A DNA stretch of 64,000 bases from Auanema rhodensis (Eukaryota > Animalia > Nematoda), in assembly GCA_964057225.1 (NCBI GenBank), contig OZ059895.1:17484001-17548000 (forward strand), written 5' to 3'. Of this stretch, positions 37,063 through 63,100 are shown piece by piece. Below the pieces are notes generated by a model. The model searched no databases and had not been told where the DNA came from. It saw only the letters and a program-made list of their open reading frames with translations. The position numbers and the translations under genes were made by a program. The first letter of the stretch is position 1. Every line of letters starts with the position of its first letter.

Positions 37063-37978
37063 GAGCTAGTTTCTTGTCAACCATCCTAATCGCCGAATAT
37101 AGCCCTGCTTAACCAAACAGAAAACTTTTGATTTGCCGTCCTATGATTCAATTTGATTGGAGTCATAACCTCTACAAGCTCTTTCAGATTTTTGCTAGCG
37201 CTACTTCCTTCACGAGTGAAGTCAAATATAACATATTTGAAGTTTAAACTCATTTTTTCAAACTTGGTCATGTTTCAAATCGAATTGTTTAATAGGAGTT
37301 CAAATCATTTATCTCATTTTTTGTTGTCTTCTCTTGTTTTCACATGACCTCAGGTGTGAGCTTTCTATTCCCAGTGTCTAATTTTTGTACAAAGTGCCTT
37401 TCATGTTTTAATTTTCCATGTTTTTATTTTTTACATCTTCTAAAAGTTCTATTTTACACTTCGACTTACATATAATATACAGATATTTAATATAGATTTT
37501 TCGATAATTTTAAGAGACTAATTATGACAAAACTTGTAATATTATTCTATCTATTACATCAGACATTTGAAGCTTTAAGCTTTGAAAACATTTTTTCTTG
37601 ATATCTTGCTCACATTTTCAATCAAACCATGAAAATCTTAGTCCATCTTTGATACGAACAGATGCTCAAATTAAAAATCTTCGTTCTTTCTAAATGTTTA
37701 CGTGTTGTTTTGTTAAATTTACTATTTTTCTCTTACAATGTTGTAAACTATATAAAGTTTTATTAACTAAAATAGTTTTATTATTTTGTTTTGATTTAAA
37801 ATATAAAAAATAGATAAGCAAATGAATTATGAGGAGAGAATTTATTTTTGATTTAATGTTTAGTAATCTAATACTTTGTTGGAAAATCAGTTAATGACTT
37901 TCGAGAGGTAAAAAAACAAAAATGCTTTGTTCTGATAACCAAAATAGGAAACTTTAAAGTGGAATAAGATGGAAAAGA

Positions 37979-37983
<5 letters not shown>

Positions 37984-38011
<28 letters not shown>
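37984..38011. repeat. (GA)n microsatellite
   Basis: Direct reading. Confidence 0.9.
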
Positions 38012-38014
<3 letters not shown>

Positions 38015-38566
38015 GCAGAGATAGAAAGAGAAAGACAGAGAAAAAGAGAGAAAGGAGGAAAGGTGAGGGAAGTAAAATGTGAATAGAAAAAGGAAAGAAA
38101 ACGCCATGCACCTAAAGAATAACGAGGGCGAGAAATGACTGTTAATGCCTAGAAGTTATGATTAGAATCACATTGTTTTGATGGCGTGCAGTAGGCAGAC
38201 AGGTGTCGACGTAGACAGAAATGATGTAAACGTGGAACGGTTACAAAGGCAGCCAACATCCCATCCACCTACCTACTCACCCATATATGAAAAGAAAGGG
38301 AGAAACACACCGGACACAACGACACCATCCAAAGACGACCACAGATCGTCGTCTGTGAGACTTGTGAAAGCGAAAGACCTGTTTCTATCTTCGGTCTATC
38401 ATTGTCAGCAACCTACAATTCGTTTTGTATCGTTCATTCAGAAGCAACAAACAAACAACCAGAACATTCCCAATCATTGTCTCATTTTAGTCGTTTTTCT
38501 TAATTCTTAATAAATTTAAAAACTTTTTTCACTTAACATTGTATTCTCAAGGACTGCACAAGAAAA

Positions 38567-39562
38567 ATGCCTCTCTCTTCCATTGAGCTTTTAGGAGTTA
38601 CTGATTCTACTGAAGATGCCAAAGTCAGTTTTTTCATATTCCTTATAATTTATTCAAAACTAATAACTACTAACTTCAGTATGCGATTGCATTACGAAAA
38701 ACCGCCGGTATGTTCGCTGAAGCTGTTAAGATATTCGACGAAACTGGAGATCCCTCTAAAAATGAGTGGAAATTAAAGACGGAAATAAAGGGAAACAAAT
38801 GCTTCAACAAGCATTTCCCTGTTGGAAAAGTTTACTGCTTAACGGTATCTTATAAATCATATTACCAACTTTATTTTAATGTTGCCAACCTTTAGAAAGA
38901 ATTCCCAGTAGCTGCTCAAACACTTTTTGAACATCACTGGAATGAGGTGGAGCACCATGATTAAAAATAAAACTAATTTTACTACTAGTTTAGATTGAGA
39001 AAACACCAGAATGGAACCCGAACGTTCAGCATGTCAAGAAAATCGATAAGATCTCAGATAATGCTGATATTATCCATGTAAATCCCTTTTCGCGCTTGGT
39101 ATGTACTGATCCTCTCGCTTTAGTATGCTACATCTGATGTGGTCGTCGTCAAAGGTCGTGATTTCGTCGTTTGTCGCATGTGGAGGAAATTCGAAGATTC
39201 CTGGATTGTTGCTGCCAGTTCTTTTGACACAGATATTGCGGTCATGCCCAAGAAGAAGCGGTACGACAAGCATTAAATCAGCTTAATCAAAAATTATTAC
39301 AGCGGATTTGTGAATGTCTGCTCTGGAAGATTCCGCCCACATCCACAGGATGCTAACAAGACTGTGGTCACCTATTTGGTCTGCGTCGATCTGAAAGACA
39401 AATTGATGCCGAAAGCTGTAAGCACAAATATATCGAAACTTGAAAACAAAAACCTTTTTTCAACAGGTTATCAGTTCCGGCATCGCTGAAATGACGATCA
39501 AAGATGCAACCTATGCTTTAAAGTTCATCGAAGAGGAACAGAAAAAAGAACAGAACAAATAA
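38567..39562 (+). CDS. START-domain (StAR-related lipid transfer) protein, 7 exons
   Basis: Exons encode TPEWNPNVQHVKKIDKISDNADIIH, KGRDFVVCRMWRK, KTVVTYLVCVDLKDKLMPKAVI and a C-terminal helix. These are characteristic START motifs (W-N, RDFV, DLKG-like). Confidence 0.88.
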
Positions 39563-39812
39563 TATTTTTTATTTAATGAAATTTCGTTTACTATGTATCC
39601 GATGAATTAAATATACATACCCGCCTACAACAGAACAAACTAATATGTCCAACTGGAAAAAAACAGAAAAAAGAAAAACTACGTATAAAATTACAAAAAA
39701 CTAGGAATAAACATCATATGCAAACATGTAAAATCATAAAACATAGAAAATTCTATAGGAATCTCGGTATCGATATCTGAGACTTTATCTGGAAGATGAT
39801 GAAATCGAACTA

Positions 39813-40849
39813 TTAACGCATATGACCAACCAAAACATTCATCTGGGCATCGTGGACTAAATCTCGTATAGCTTTTTGTAATTTTATTAATTCAACTCTA
39901 TCTTTATAGCCTATTTCCCGCATTGGATACACTAGGGAGCGACCTGTAAATAAAATTTTCTTTAAAATGTTTGATAGGCAGTATCATACAAAAACCCATA
40001 TATTCATCATCATCTTCCAAATCGTCTTCCCGAATTCGTTTAACTGGCTTCAATGAGAACTAAAATAAAAAATATTACAAAAAAAAAAGGATTTTCAACG
40101 AGCACCATTGATATTGCCTCTTCCTCTTCAAAACGACGTTTATTATTACTTCTAATCAAGCCTTCCAAGAATGTTAAAGCTCCATAAAATTTCCACTTGG
40201 GAGGAATAACACCACCATCCGTGTTGTATGTTAACTAAAATTGAAGCTAATATAGGAACAAAGAAAACATTGAAGTACCTTCTTTCGAGTCTTTATATAC
40301 GTATCTTTAAGATTTTTCCACTGTTTCTCCACTTCATCGGCTGAAAAATAATGAACTTTAAATAATAATTGTTAACTCATTCTTACGCATTAATGGAGGT
40401 TCAACTTGATGCTGTTGATTCACTTCCCTAGTAACCTCAGCAAATAATTCTTTTCTATTAGGACCTGTAGTTTTTTCTCTAAAACTCAAAAAAAAAAATA
40501 TAAATTGCCCAAATTATCAAACCTTTGCGAATCCCATATACCTGGTTTCTGGCTTATTGCATTTATTATACTAAATCGAATATCGTCCGTTACAGGACAT
40601 TGATGATTCTGAAAAGGTAAAGACTAAAACACAAATTAATAAAGTTCCAAAATTCTTGCATTGGTAATAACTTGTTGTTGCACCACGATTGGAGTGTGTG
40701 ACCAATCTGAATGTATATGCAAAGCCGGCTTCGTATCGATATTCTAAAAAGCTTAATGTCTAATGAAAATTAAAAATATGAGTTGCAGAGATTCAAAAGA
40801 ATTTCTGAAGTTAAATTTTCAAGATATCAAACCTTACCTCCATCATCAT
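39813..40849 (-). CDS. MADF (Myb/SANT-like) domain protein with BESS-like C-terminus, multi-exon
   Basis: IINAISQKPGIWD ... LFAEVTREV ... EVEKQWKNLKDTYIK ... PKWKFYGALTFL is the MADF signature. The C-terminus reads DEYMGFCRSLVYPMREI...IKLQKAIRDLVHD. Confidence 0.88.
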
Positions 40850-41411
40850 AGTGCTGGAATAAGTGAACAAGAAAACGCACGCGGCGATATATCGACGCAT
40901 GGCGGTTGCGGTGCGTCGCGTGCGACAGCTATACTCATCTATTACGGTATTATCTCAATATTTAAGCTTGAAAGCTTTTGTATTTTATACCCTATGGGTG
41001 AAATAACAACTTTGGATTACAATAATTAGTACGGACCAGAAAAAAAACGAGAAAATTTATTTCATCGCTCATGTAATACAGCTGATCAGGTTTTTTGGTT
41101 TATTATGTCAAGAATAATTTTGCTACAAGCACACTGTACCGGTAATCTTATTACATGAACTACTTGGCGAGATAATAAGTGGAACAAGATGAGAATTTAA
41201 CAAAGTTATTCAAGGAAAATCATAAAGCAAAATATAACGTAATTATGAAACAAAAAGGGTATGGCAAGTGACTAGAAAAATTGACCTAAAAATCTATGTA
41301 CAATTTAAAAAAGCAGGCTATACAACATAGCTAAAGAATATTTTTCATAAATATCTATATATCGTATTACTTATCCTATCACTATTGAAAGAACCCGCTA
41401 TATTAGGAAGG

Positions 41412-44400
41412 CTATTGTGTAGGACGATAATGAAGAGGATGCTCTGATGATATCATAGGCAACGAAGGAGAATGCAAATTTACGCGGACAGGGAACCGTT
41501 TTCCAGCGATGTCTAATTCATATCGTCCCCTTTGAATAAATTCAGTTGATACTCCGAAATCTTTGTTTTCTACATAAGCAATGCAAACCTAAAATAAGAA
41601 TCATAAAAAAGGTAATACAAATACACGATTTATACTTGGCAACCCAGAGTAAATCCGTATGCAGCAGACGTAGTAACTCCTACAGGCTTTCCATCCCTAA
41701 ATGTTTTAGATAAATATTATAATATATGATAGTAAACCTGAATAATGTTTCGCCTCCTTGAGGCCAAGGATCCGTTTCTTTGTCATGCTTGTCCACCATT
41801 AATTGCACAAAACGTTTAGAAACACCTCTTTCAAGTTGTTTTTCTAACGCTGCTTTTCCGATAAAATCTTTCTAAAATGAATTTAAATTAATTCGTTAAA
41901 TAAGGTAAACAGATACTTTAAAATCTACACGGAAAGCTCTTCCACATTCCACAGGAGTCACAGTGGCGTTAATATCTTGTCCCCAATATACATAAAATTT
42001 CTCTATTCTGAGTTGTCTAAGGGTGTAATAGCCCGCATGTAACATGCTGTACTCTTCTCCAGCTTCTAGAATACGATCGTAAACGTTTTGCGCAACCTAA
42101 AAATGACCGGCATATAATTTACAATGGAATAAAGTTTCTAACCTCATTTGGTATATAGATAACCCATCCTAGTTCCCCACAATGTGTTACACTTATAGCT
42201 CGTATGCCTGTAGCCATACCAATATTTATATCCTTCAAAAAGTGGTTGAAATTCTCGAAAATCAAAAAAAAAACCTTGCAAGCAAATGTAGGGAAGTCTT
42301 GACTTCCCATTGACATTCCAGTAATATCAGACATTAGATAACGAGATGAAGGGCCAATAACATCTAGGGCTGTATACATTCCCGTGACATCTTGAACGTG
42401 TACGTTAGCACCAAGTTTTTTCACCCATTTCTTCATCCATGTCATGCACCTCTCTTGTTGGATAGTAGGGGCAACCATAAAAAAACTGAAACACTAGACA
42501 TAATAAATAAAGTAAAAATTACAACACCTTCTTTCCGAAATTCTACTCAGTGTACAATCTGTTACATATCCGCCTTGATCATGCTGCATTCCTGTATAAA
42601 CGGTTGTACCAATTGGTCTATCAATATTAGCCGAGCACAGGTATTGTAAGAATGTGACAGCATCCGGTCCCTGAAAGGAAAAAATGTATAAATTATAAAC
42701 GGATTCGAAATAAAATGCAACCAGTTCAATATAATGCTCAAATAACAATAACGTTGGCACGTGAAAACGTGTATGTTATGTATCAGTATTCTAACGATAC
42801 ATATACTCAAATTAGTAAAAAAAGACAAAACTGAATTACAGAAAACTATATAACTTACTGATATATCGAATTTACTGAAACTACTCATATCCATCAGTCC
42901 CACTCGTTCTCGACATGCTTCATATTCGGACGCAACTCTAAAAAAAATCAGTTGTCCAAAAGCATGTGATACACTTTTACCTTTCAAACCAAGAAGGTTT
43001 TCCCAAAAGAACATCCTGGCCTTGTTGCAAGGCATTTCTATCATTTTTAGCATTTCTTTCAAACCATAAAGGTCTCTCATATCTAAAAGAACATCCATAT
43101 CGATAGAACGAAACCAACAAGAATACCCCATTATTTCTCCGAAAACTGCTCCTGCATCACGAAGTTGATGATAAATAGGAGACATTCTCAAATTTCTAGC
43201 TGTATGACACTGATGTGAATGATACATGTTGGTGTATGTCATAGCAGCGATTTCAGGTACTCTCTCAACCAAATATTGTGTGTTCGCATGAAGTTCCAAA
43301 AAGCGGCCAATATCAACCCGAGCAACATCAATTTTTGGCACACTGTCACAAATCCAATCAGCCAAAATCTAAAATGGAAACCATGCATATGAAAAATAAT
43401 GAAAACGTTACTTGTCCCAATCCACCGGCCAGTGACAACCCTTGTCCATTCAGTCCGTTGAGAACATAATATCCTTTGGCCTATATGGTAATTGAATAAA
43501 ATTGATGAAGAATTGAATTCAGTTACTTGACTAGTTTCACCAACACAAGGAGCTTTATCTGGTGTGTATGATTCCATACCACAAATTAAGTCACCATGTT
43601 CAACTTCTCCCAACATGGGACATCGATATAGTAGCTTATCTAATGAAGCTTCTAAAATAAGTTGTATCCATACTGAAGTACTTTATAAAGATAGCATACC
43701 AAATTTATCCCAATCTGGCTCGGGGTAATGCCACTGACCAAATTCCACTCCTTGTCTTTGCAACGGCTTCACACCTTCTTCATGGAAACCAGTACATAAC
43801 GTTTTAAATCCAGTAGCTCTGATCATTATATTTCCGTCCAAGTCATTAAAAACTATTGAAAAAAACTTTTTAGACGCTAGTCATGCAGAACATACCTGGA
43901 GTTGAATCCGAAACTAATCCGGTTGGTAGTTTTGCAGTATGAATATAAGAATAAGTACAAGGATAAGCAGCCGTTTGTAAATGACGATGATGTAAGCCTT
44001 TCACGGGCAAAGTTCCTGTCCACTAAAACAAATGTAAAAAAAACAGTTTAAAACACCTTAATCTTTACCATGCCACTAGCATCGACAAAGTTGGGAGTTT
44101 CAACAAGACCACAGGAAGTTTTAACAGCATATACTTGCTTCTCGTCTCCTAATAAAACTTCTTGAACTTCACATCCCTCAAATACTTCAGCTCCTTAAAT
44201 TCAGGTTTCAGTAAAATAATTCAAAAACAAAAAAAACCATTTTCTTGAGCAAGTCGAGCTAATTCTTGGCACAAGGCTACTTGATCAAGTGCAATGTCTT
44301 CAGGTGAAAACAAAGCCAACTGAAACAAGACTGTACAAACAAAAGATACTTTGCACTATACCTGCACGTCTTCTGTTTGTAGATATGGCCAGCGCTGAAG

Positions 44401-45027
44401 CATTTCTGTTTGACAATCAATGAGCTCTACATCATCATTATGCAAGATTCCTTGAAAAGAAAAAAATTGTGAACAATGGTTTCGAAAAAAAAGACTACCT
44501 CTGGAAAACATTCGTCGTAGAAGAATTTCATTAGGCAGAGTTGAGGCAAAATAAACTCTACCACATTTTGTAAACTCTGCAAGGGGTTGAAATACGCGAC
44601 CGTTACTGATCAAATTTTTACTCACTAAATTTTCCAGACTCGGACAACTTAGAATATAATTTCAAGGACATGTCAGCTAATTGTTGATTCGTGGAGTCCT
44701 GCCAAAAAATAGGAGCAGTAACTAATCCTTGGCTAACGCCGGAAGCACCACCACAACCAATTCTGAAAAGTGAAACATCAACAAAAATGTATCTTAGAAT
44801 ATCGCTTACACATCTTTCTCAAACAAGCACACTTTTTTGCCTCTCTTTGCAAGATGATAAGCAGTACAAGTCCCAGCAATTCCACCACCACATACAACTA
44901 CATCAGCCCTGCTTGAAAGTGTTCTAAAGTAATGTTTAATTGTTTTTCAGTTATTTTCAACTTACGTTGCATTCCTTATCTTTTGCAATCTATAAACATC
45001 TTTGGCAGGTCGCAAAACTCTAATCAT
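41412..45027 (-). CDS. pdpr-1: Pyruvate dehydrogenase phosphatase regulatory subunit (PDPR) / sarcosine-dimethylglycine dehydrogenase family flavoprotein
   Basis: FAD-binding ADVVVCGGGIAG, CGMESYTPDKAP, GcvT-like EYEACRERVGLMDMSSFSKF, HCGELGW, LRIEKFYVYWGQDI and GVTTSAAYGFTLG. Basic N-terminus is consistent with mitochondrial targeting. Stop at 41412-41414. Confidence 0.88.
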
Positions 45028-45257
45028 ATAAATACCTAAAATATAAATTAACTTTTTAAATATCTTATATAGAAAAATTCTTGATCACATGTATAAGGCA
45101 AAGAACCATATAATGAAATAATAAAATCACAATTTATAAAGACAATTTACTTTAATATAGCTATTATATTGCATCGAATGCCAAAACTTGTATTCAAAGA
45201 TATACTCGTAAACGGTTTATATACAACAAGCTCAAAAACAACAGCTGACTAAGTTTC

Positions 45258-46406
45258 TTACATTGATAGTAATTGTAAGAACTCAGATTCCCGCTTCGTT
45301 TTAAAATATAAGTAAGCAGAAATAATGAATAATTCTTTACTGTTATGATGTTTTCGCTTCTCCTAAATTTCCAAAATAGAAAGAAAAGAAAATTAAAACA
45401 ACCTCTACTAGTTTAATAGCTTCTTCGAAGGCACCGACCAAAGTATAGCATTTAATTTGCCACAAAGTCCATTGATCTAATATTGTAAAAAATAAAAAAC
45501 AATAACAAAATTAAAATCAAAAGAATCACCTGTTTTTTTAATATATGACGCATTTGAATCTAAGTTCACTAATATTTCTCTAAAATTGCCTTGATTTAAA
45601 TAGCATTCCATACGTATGATAAATGCTTGAAATTTTAAACTATCAGGAATTCCTTCATTAACTTCCAGAATTTCATTTGCATGACCAACAGCAGTTCTGC
45701 AATAAAAACAACAGTAAATTCTGCATAGGTACAAAAACTAACCCGAATCGTCCTCGTTTAAGGGCTATAAAGGCTGCTAAGCTTTTTACTTTCATTTTCA
45801 ATTCCAAATCTCTACTGGGAATCAATAAAACCATAGCAGTATTGATGTAAGATTCCACATTGACAATAGTTGCACCATTGCTATGTTCATAATAATTGTT
45901 TTTCTTTGTTTATTGAAGTATGCTTACGTTTCCGTTATAGTTGTATCACGATCATTAAGAATGTAAAAACCTTTTTTTGAAGAAGGGTCAACCCATATTG
46001 GATTAGAAGGTAACGTGTCCGATTGCATCCAAGATTTAAAATCCTAAAATAGATAACAAATGATATATTTCTAAAAAAAAAATACCTTGAATAAAAGTTC
46101 GAGCCCGCACTCAGCCATCCTGATCCAAATATACGGATCAGTACCAATATAAGTTACTAATACTAAATAATAATCCAGAGCTAATTTGACTTCTCCCATT
46201 AATTGGAATCGTAGAGCTTTCTCATATAGGCTAAAAGCCATAACAATGTGTGGATTATTCTGAAGAACTATTTTAGCGTAAAAATAAGACTCGAAAACTA
46301 AAAAAACTTAACGTACCTCATGTTCAAAAAAGGGTAGTTTTTTGCATATATGCTTATGTTCTTTTTTATCTGATTCGGTGTTTTCAACACCGATTGGATG
46401 AACCAT
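45258..46406 (-). CDS. Short TPR-type protein resembling the C-terminal half of CCR4-NOT subunit CNOT10
   Basis: Spliced translation: LYEKALRFQLMGEVKLALDYYLVLVTYIGTDPYIWIRMAECG ... YINTAMVLLIP ... SLAAFIALKRG ... AVGHANEILEVNEGIPDSLKFQAFIIRMECYL ... ELFIISAYLYFK. These motifs occur in the order I recall for CNOT10 (NPRLWLRLAEC; LRNALLLLP; SAYVAL; ALNHA..LL...SLKF; ILLAVYLEL). The start codon is uncertain. Confidence 0.65.
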
Positions 46407-47448
46407 GGGGACAGAAAATCTGAATAGTTAAAACCGACAGAGAAAGATCAACAGCATAAAAGCTGTTTGCGCTTACTAGGTGTTGACACGGAATCTGTAC
46501 ATAGATTCCAACAGTAGAAGCTTCTCTAATATATCAAACTAGCTTTGACTTCATTATTTCATCAATTGTTGCACTTTTAGTTATAAAGTATAATGATTGT
46601 TGAATGAGTCATCTATCTGAAAATTGATTTCTCTTTGTTTGTAGAACGATAGGGCTGTCGGTTTTTTGGCCATGTTGATATACTGCCCTTTTAATAATTT
46701 TCATTTGTAAGTAGTAACTTTTATCTTTTAAAGACGAAACAAATGTTCAATAAATATTTATTTCAAGAGGAATATGAATTGTAAAACACAGGTTAGTAAA
46801 ACATGATTTATCTTAAAATGGCAAGCGGTAACGTTGAAAGTAGCCATGACAATCCACGGTACATATAGTGGACAGATTGCCTTCAAACTGCACAGAACTA
46901 GAAAGGCATGAAAAATTAACCAAGCTAACAACAATGGAAAAACAGTATTAGTATTCAACTGAAGCAGATTTTGTGCACACACCGCTACCTCGCAAATTTG
47001 TAAAGCAGTACTGGCAAGAGATAGAAAATAACTGGACTAGATATCGATGGAATCATAAAACTTTTCCAGTAAAGCTCACCGAAAAGCTGGAAGAAAGAGT
47101 AAATGGAATTACGTATCTCTCAATAACAAATACTAAATCGGAGAAAACCCTAAGTAAGAAGTTAATAGAAATCTGTGCATGCACATTAACCTGGCATCCA
47201 ATGATATACAGAAAGGATTTTAACCGATCCAAATTTGAATAAATATAATAAAATATCACTGAGCTGAGCGAACACTATCGATGATGAAAAGAAAGTATGC
47301 TTTCGGATCTTCGTTGACTTGTATTCCGTGGGCATAAGGCGTCATCTAATGCTTCGACTGCGATCGCTAAACGCAGGGTACAAACCGAGATGAATTCGAA
47401 AAGGAATAGAGCGAAACAGCCTAGTTGAATTAATGGCTCAATTGAACA

Positions 47449-60127
<12,679 letters not shown>

Positions 60128-63100
60128 CTGAAAATATAATATTTCAATGATTTTTTATCTATATCTACGAATATTGTATTCAATATATGATTTCAAATTG
60201 AATAAAGAAGTAGAAGAAGACATAAGAAAACAATGAATTGCATAGATGATCAACGTATGCTGCTGAAGAAGATAAATATGAAATGATGAAATTTCAATGA
60301 AACTAAGGAATAAGCACAGTATACAAGATTTCAATGATGTTCATAAGATATTAAACAGCACAGTATTCATATATGATATACCTGACATGTGAAAGAAATA
60401 GAAATTCCCGAAATGTAAAATCCATCGACCCCCTCCCTCTCTCTCTCTCCCCAAACTTTGATGTCTGTTATATTATATACTAATTAATATTATTCTTTTT
60501 GGAAATGAATAATTAAATATTTATAATAATCCCTTTCCTCTCTTCTCTCTCAATTTCCTATTCTTATTTTAACTCTCTCTTTCTCTCTCTTTTTCTTTCT
60601 TTAAACTGATCATCTAATAATTATTGTGCTATGCTTTAGGACACTTAAATTCGTAAATGGCATGAAAATAAATTTGATGCTTTCGGCTTAATGAAAACGT
60701 CAGTGATGAATGAAGTTAAATACCATTGAAAATAAGAAATAAACCTTGAAGATTGAGTGAAACGAATTGTAAGAAGACAGCTGAGATATTTTACGTTCAC
60801 ATACAGCTTTATAGCTTAGTTGGGTTAAGCATACTCAACTTTACTGGAAGAAAAACCTCTTTTTCAATTAGAAAAACTAGCTATCAGATATGGTGATGGA
60901 CAATTTACTTGGGAAAAGCTGAAGAAACAAAAGAAAATTTATTCTGAATTGTATAGCTTAGGCTTTTCGATCAGATTAAACCATAATTCAGTATATAGTT
61001 AATAGATTGCATGAACTATGATGCTAAATCTGTTGAAATACAATGTCCCTCAACTTTGCGTTTTTCATTTTCTTCATATTCTTCAAATTTTCGTAGACAT
61101 TAAAATTATGATGTGTAGCCCCCTTTCTCTCAATAATTTGACTCTTTCATTTTTATCTTCCTAAGCAGGGTTTCTCGTTTTCTTCCTCTCTAACACTCCC
61201 TTTGTATCTCTAGCTCATATGCAGACTTTCATCGTTTCTATTGTATACGGCTCTTTCTAATCATCTATCTTCCTGTTGTATTGCCGCAGTTTGTCGTTTT
61301 GCCTACGTCAACTTGATAACGGGACCTATTGAAGAACTACCTATTGGCATTTGATAACGCATATATGGCCCTGTTATCGATTTTTGTCTTACATTAATGG
61401 TTCAATCATGTATTTCCTGAACAAATATATGTATGTGTGTACGACGCAGAAGACTCAAAGTGTTCTATCCGCTGACCGACTTGTATATTCTGATCTTCTT
61501 GTCTTTATTAGACGCTTTTTCATCTTCCCACCGTCTATCAGTTTTAAAGATCTAACTGCATATATTTGCGTTAGGTAGACAGATAACAGCAACTGTTTAT
61601 GTGATACAGGTATAATGAGCATTCATGCTTAATTGTTTGAACGGCCGACGACTAGTCATCCCTTCTCCTTTATGCTCAATCCTTTCCACACAAACTTACA
61701 ACTGCCACAAACACCCAGTTTAAGACTTTACATACGAATCAAGGATTGAATAAGAACAAACTATTTGAAGGAAACTAGGAGTAAAGTTAGAAGAAACTAA
61801 CGCATGAAAGGAAACAAGGCTAAGATAGAGAGAAAGGAGTAGAGAGTAGCAGCTGTAGCCGTAGCAGTAGCAAGTCAGCCATTGACAAAGTTGGAAATCA
61901 AGAGAAATTCTGCTTTCACAGCTCTTCAAGCAGCCATTAAGATTTTCTCTGTCGATCTCTCTTTCTTTCTCTTTGTCTAGCAGGATATACAGGTTAAAAA
62001 TTCATGTTCAGCCACTTTTTACAGATTCATTCACGTAGTTATCACTGAGCTTTAGGTAGTACAGGAAAGCATACCTTTTATTCTTCAATTTTCATTGATA
62101 AAAGATTATTTTTCATCATTCAAGCCATCTCTATCTGAACTCTCATTGACATTTGGATAGACCATAAAAGTTCAAATTCAATTATGATTTGATTATCAAT
62201 AGCAAAGTTAATGATATTGCTCTTTGCTATCTTCACCCAGTCATCAGAATAACATACTAGCATGCTCTCTCTATCTCAGTATATTTCTTCAGAAACGTGT
62301 GAATTTCCAATGTGTCTGAGTGCTAGCTTCGATGATGATATTGTCTGTGCCATTTGTCAGTCAACTACAAATTAAAGGAGTGACTCTAAGCTTTTTCAAC
62401 GTCAACTATTTCATTCCCCCTCTCTTTCTCTCTCTCTCTCTTTCTCTCTCTATATCTATCTGTCTATCTATCTATTTTATTCTCTATTTCTTTTTATCAA
62501 GCTCTTAAAGACTCTTTCCATGTAAAAGATTTCCACTGTTCTTCGTTAACCAAGCTAGTAACAGCTTATTACTACTGAATTATTTGATTGGTACAAGAAG
62601 ACACTTATCATCGTTTGTAGTAGCGTGATGATATAGTGCACCAGAAAGTGATCACTTCGTAGCTTACAGGAAGGTATTAACATTAGGAAACGATAAGGAT
62701 ATTGGGATATATGAACACAGCTGAAAAGAGCAAAAGAGTGATCCCTTCCATCTTGAGATCTTTCTCCCTTTTTCTTCCTCTCTCTCGTTCTCATGAAATT
62801 TATACAAGATTTAAAGTCCGGATATGCCCCAAAAGGCTCTCATTCATTTGCAACTCTCGAGCGAGTTAGCAGAACAAGTATCGACAGCTAGTGTCCAAGA
62901 ACTAGCATTGCTAGCTATGTCTTATGCGGATTGCAACATCATCCTTCTTCTTATTCCTTATGAAGCATCCAGTTAACACCAGATAGATAAATAGAGTTAA
63001 AGATCAAATACAGAGAGCAAAGAGGAAAACATGAAAAAGAAAGAGATTAAGATTAAGAGCTGAAGATGACCCAAGTTTGTGTACAACGAAATGCTTAGAG

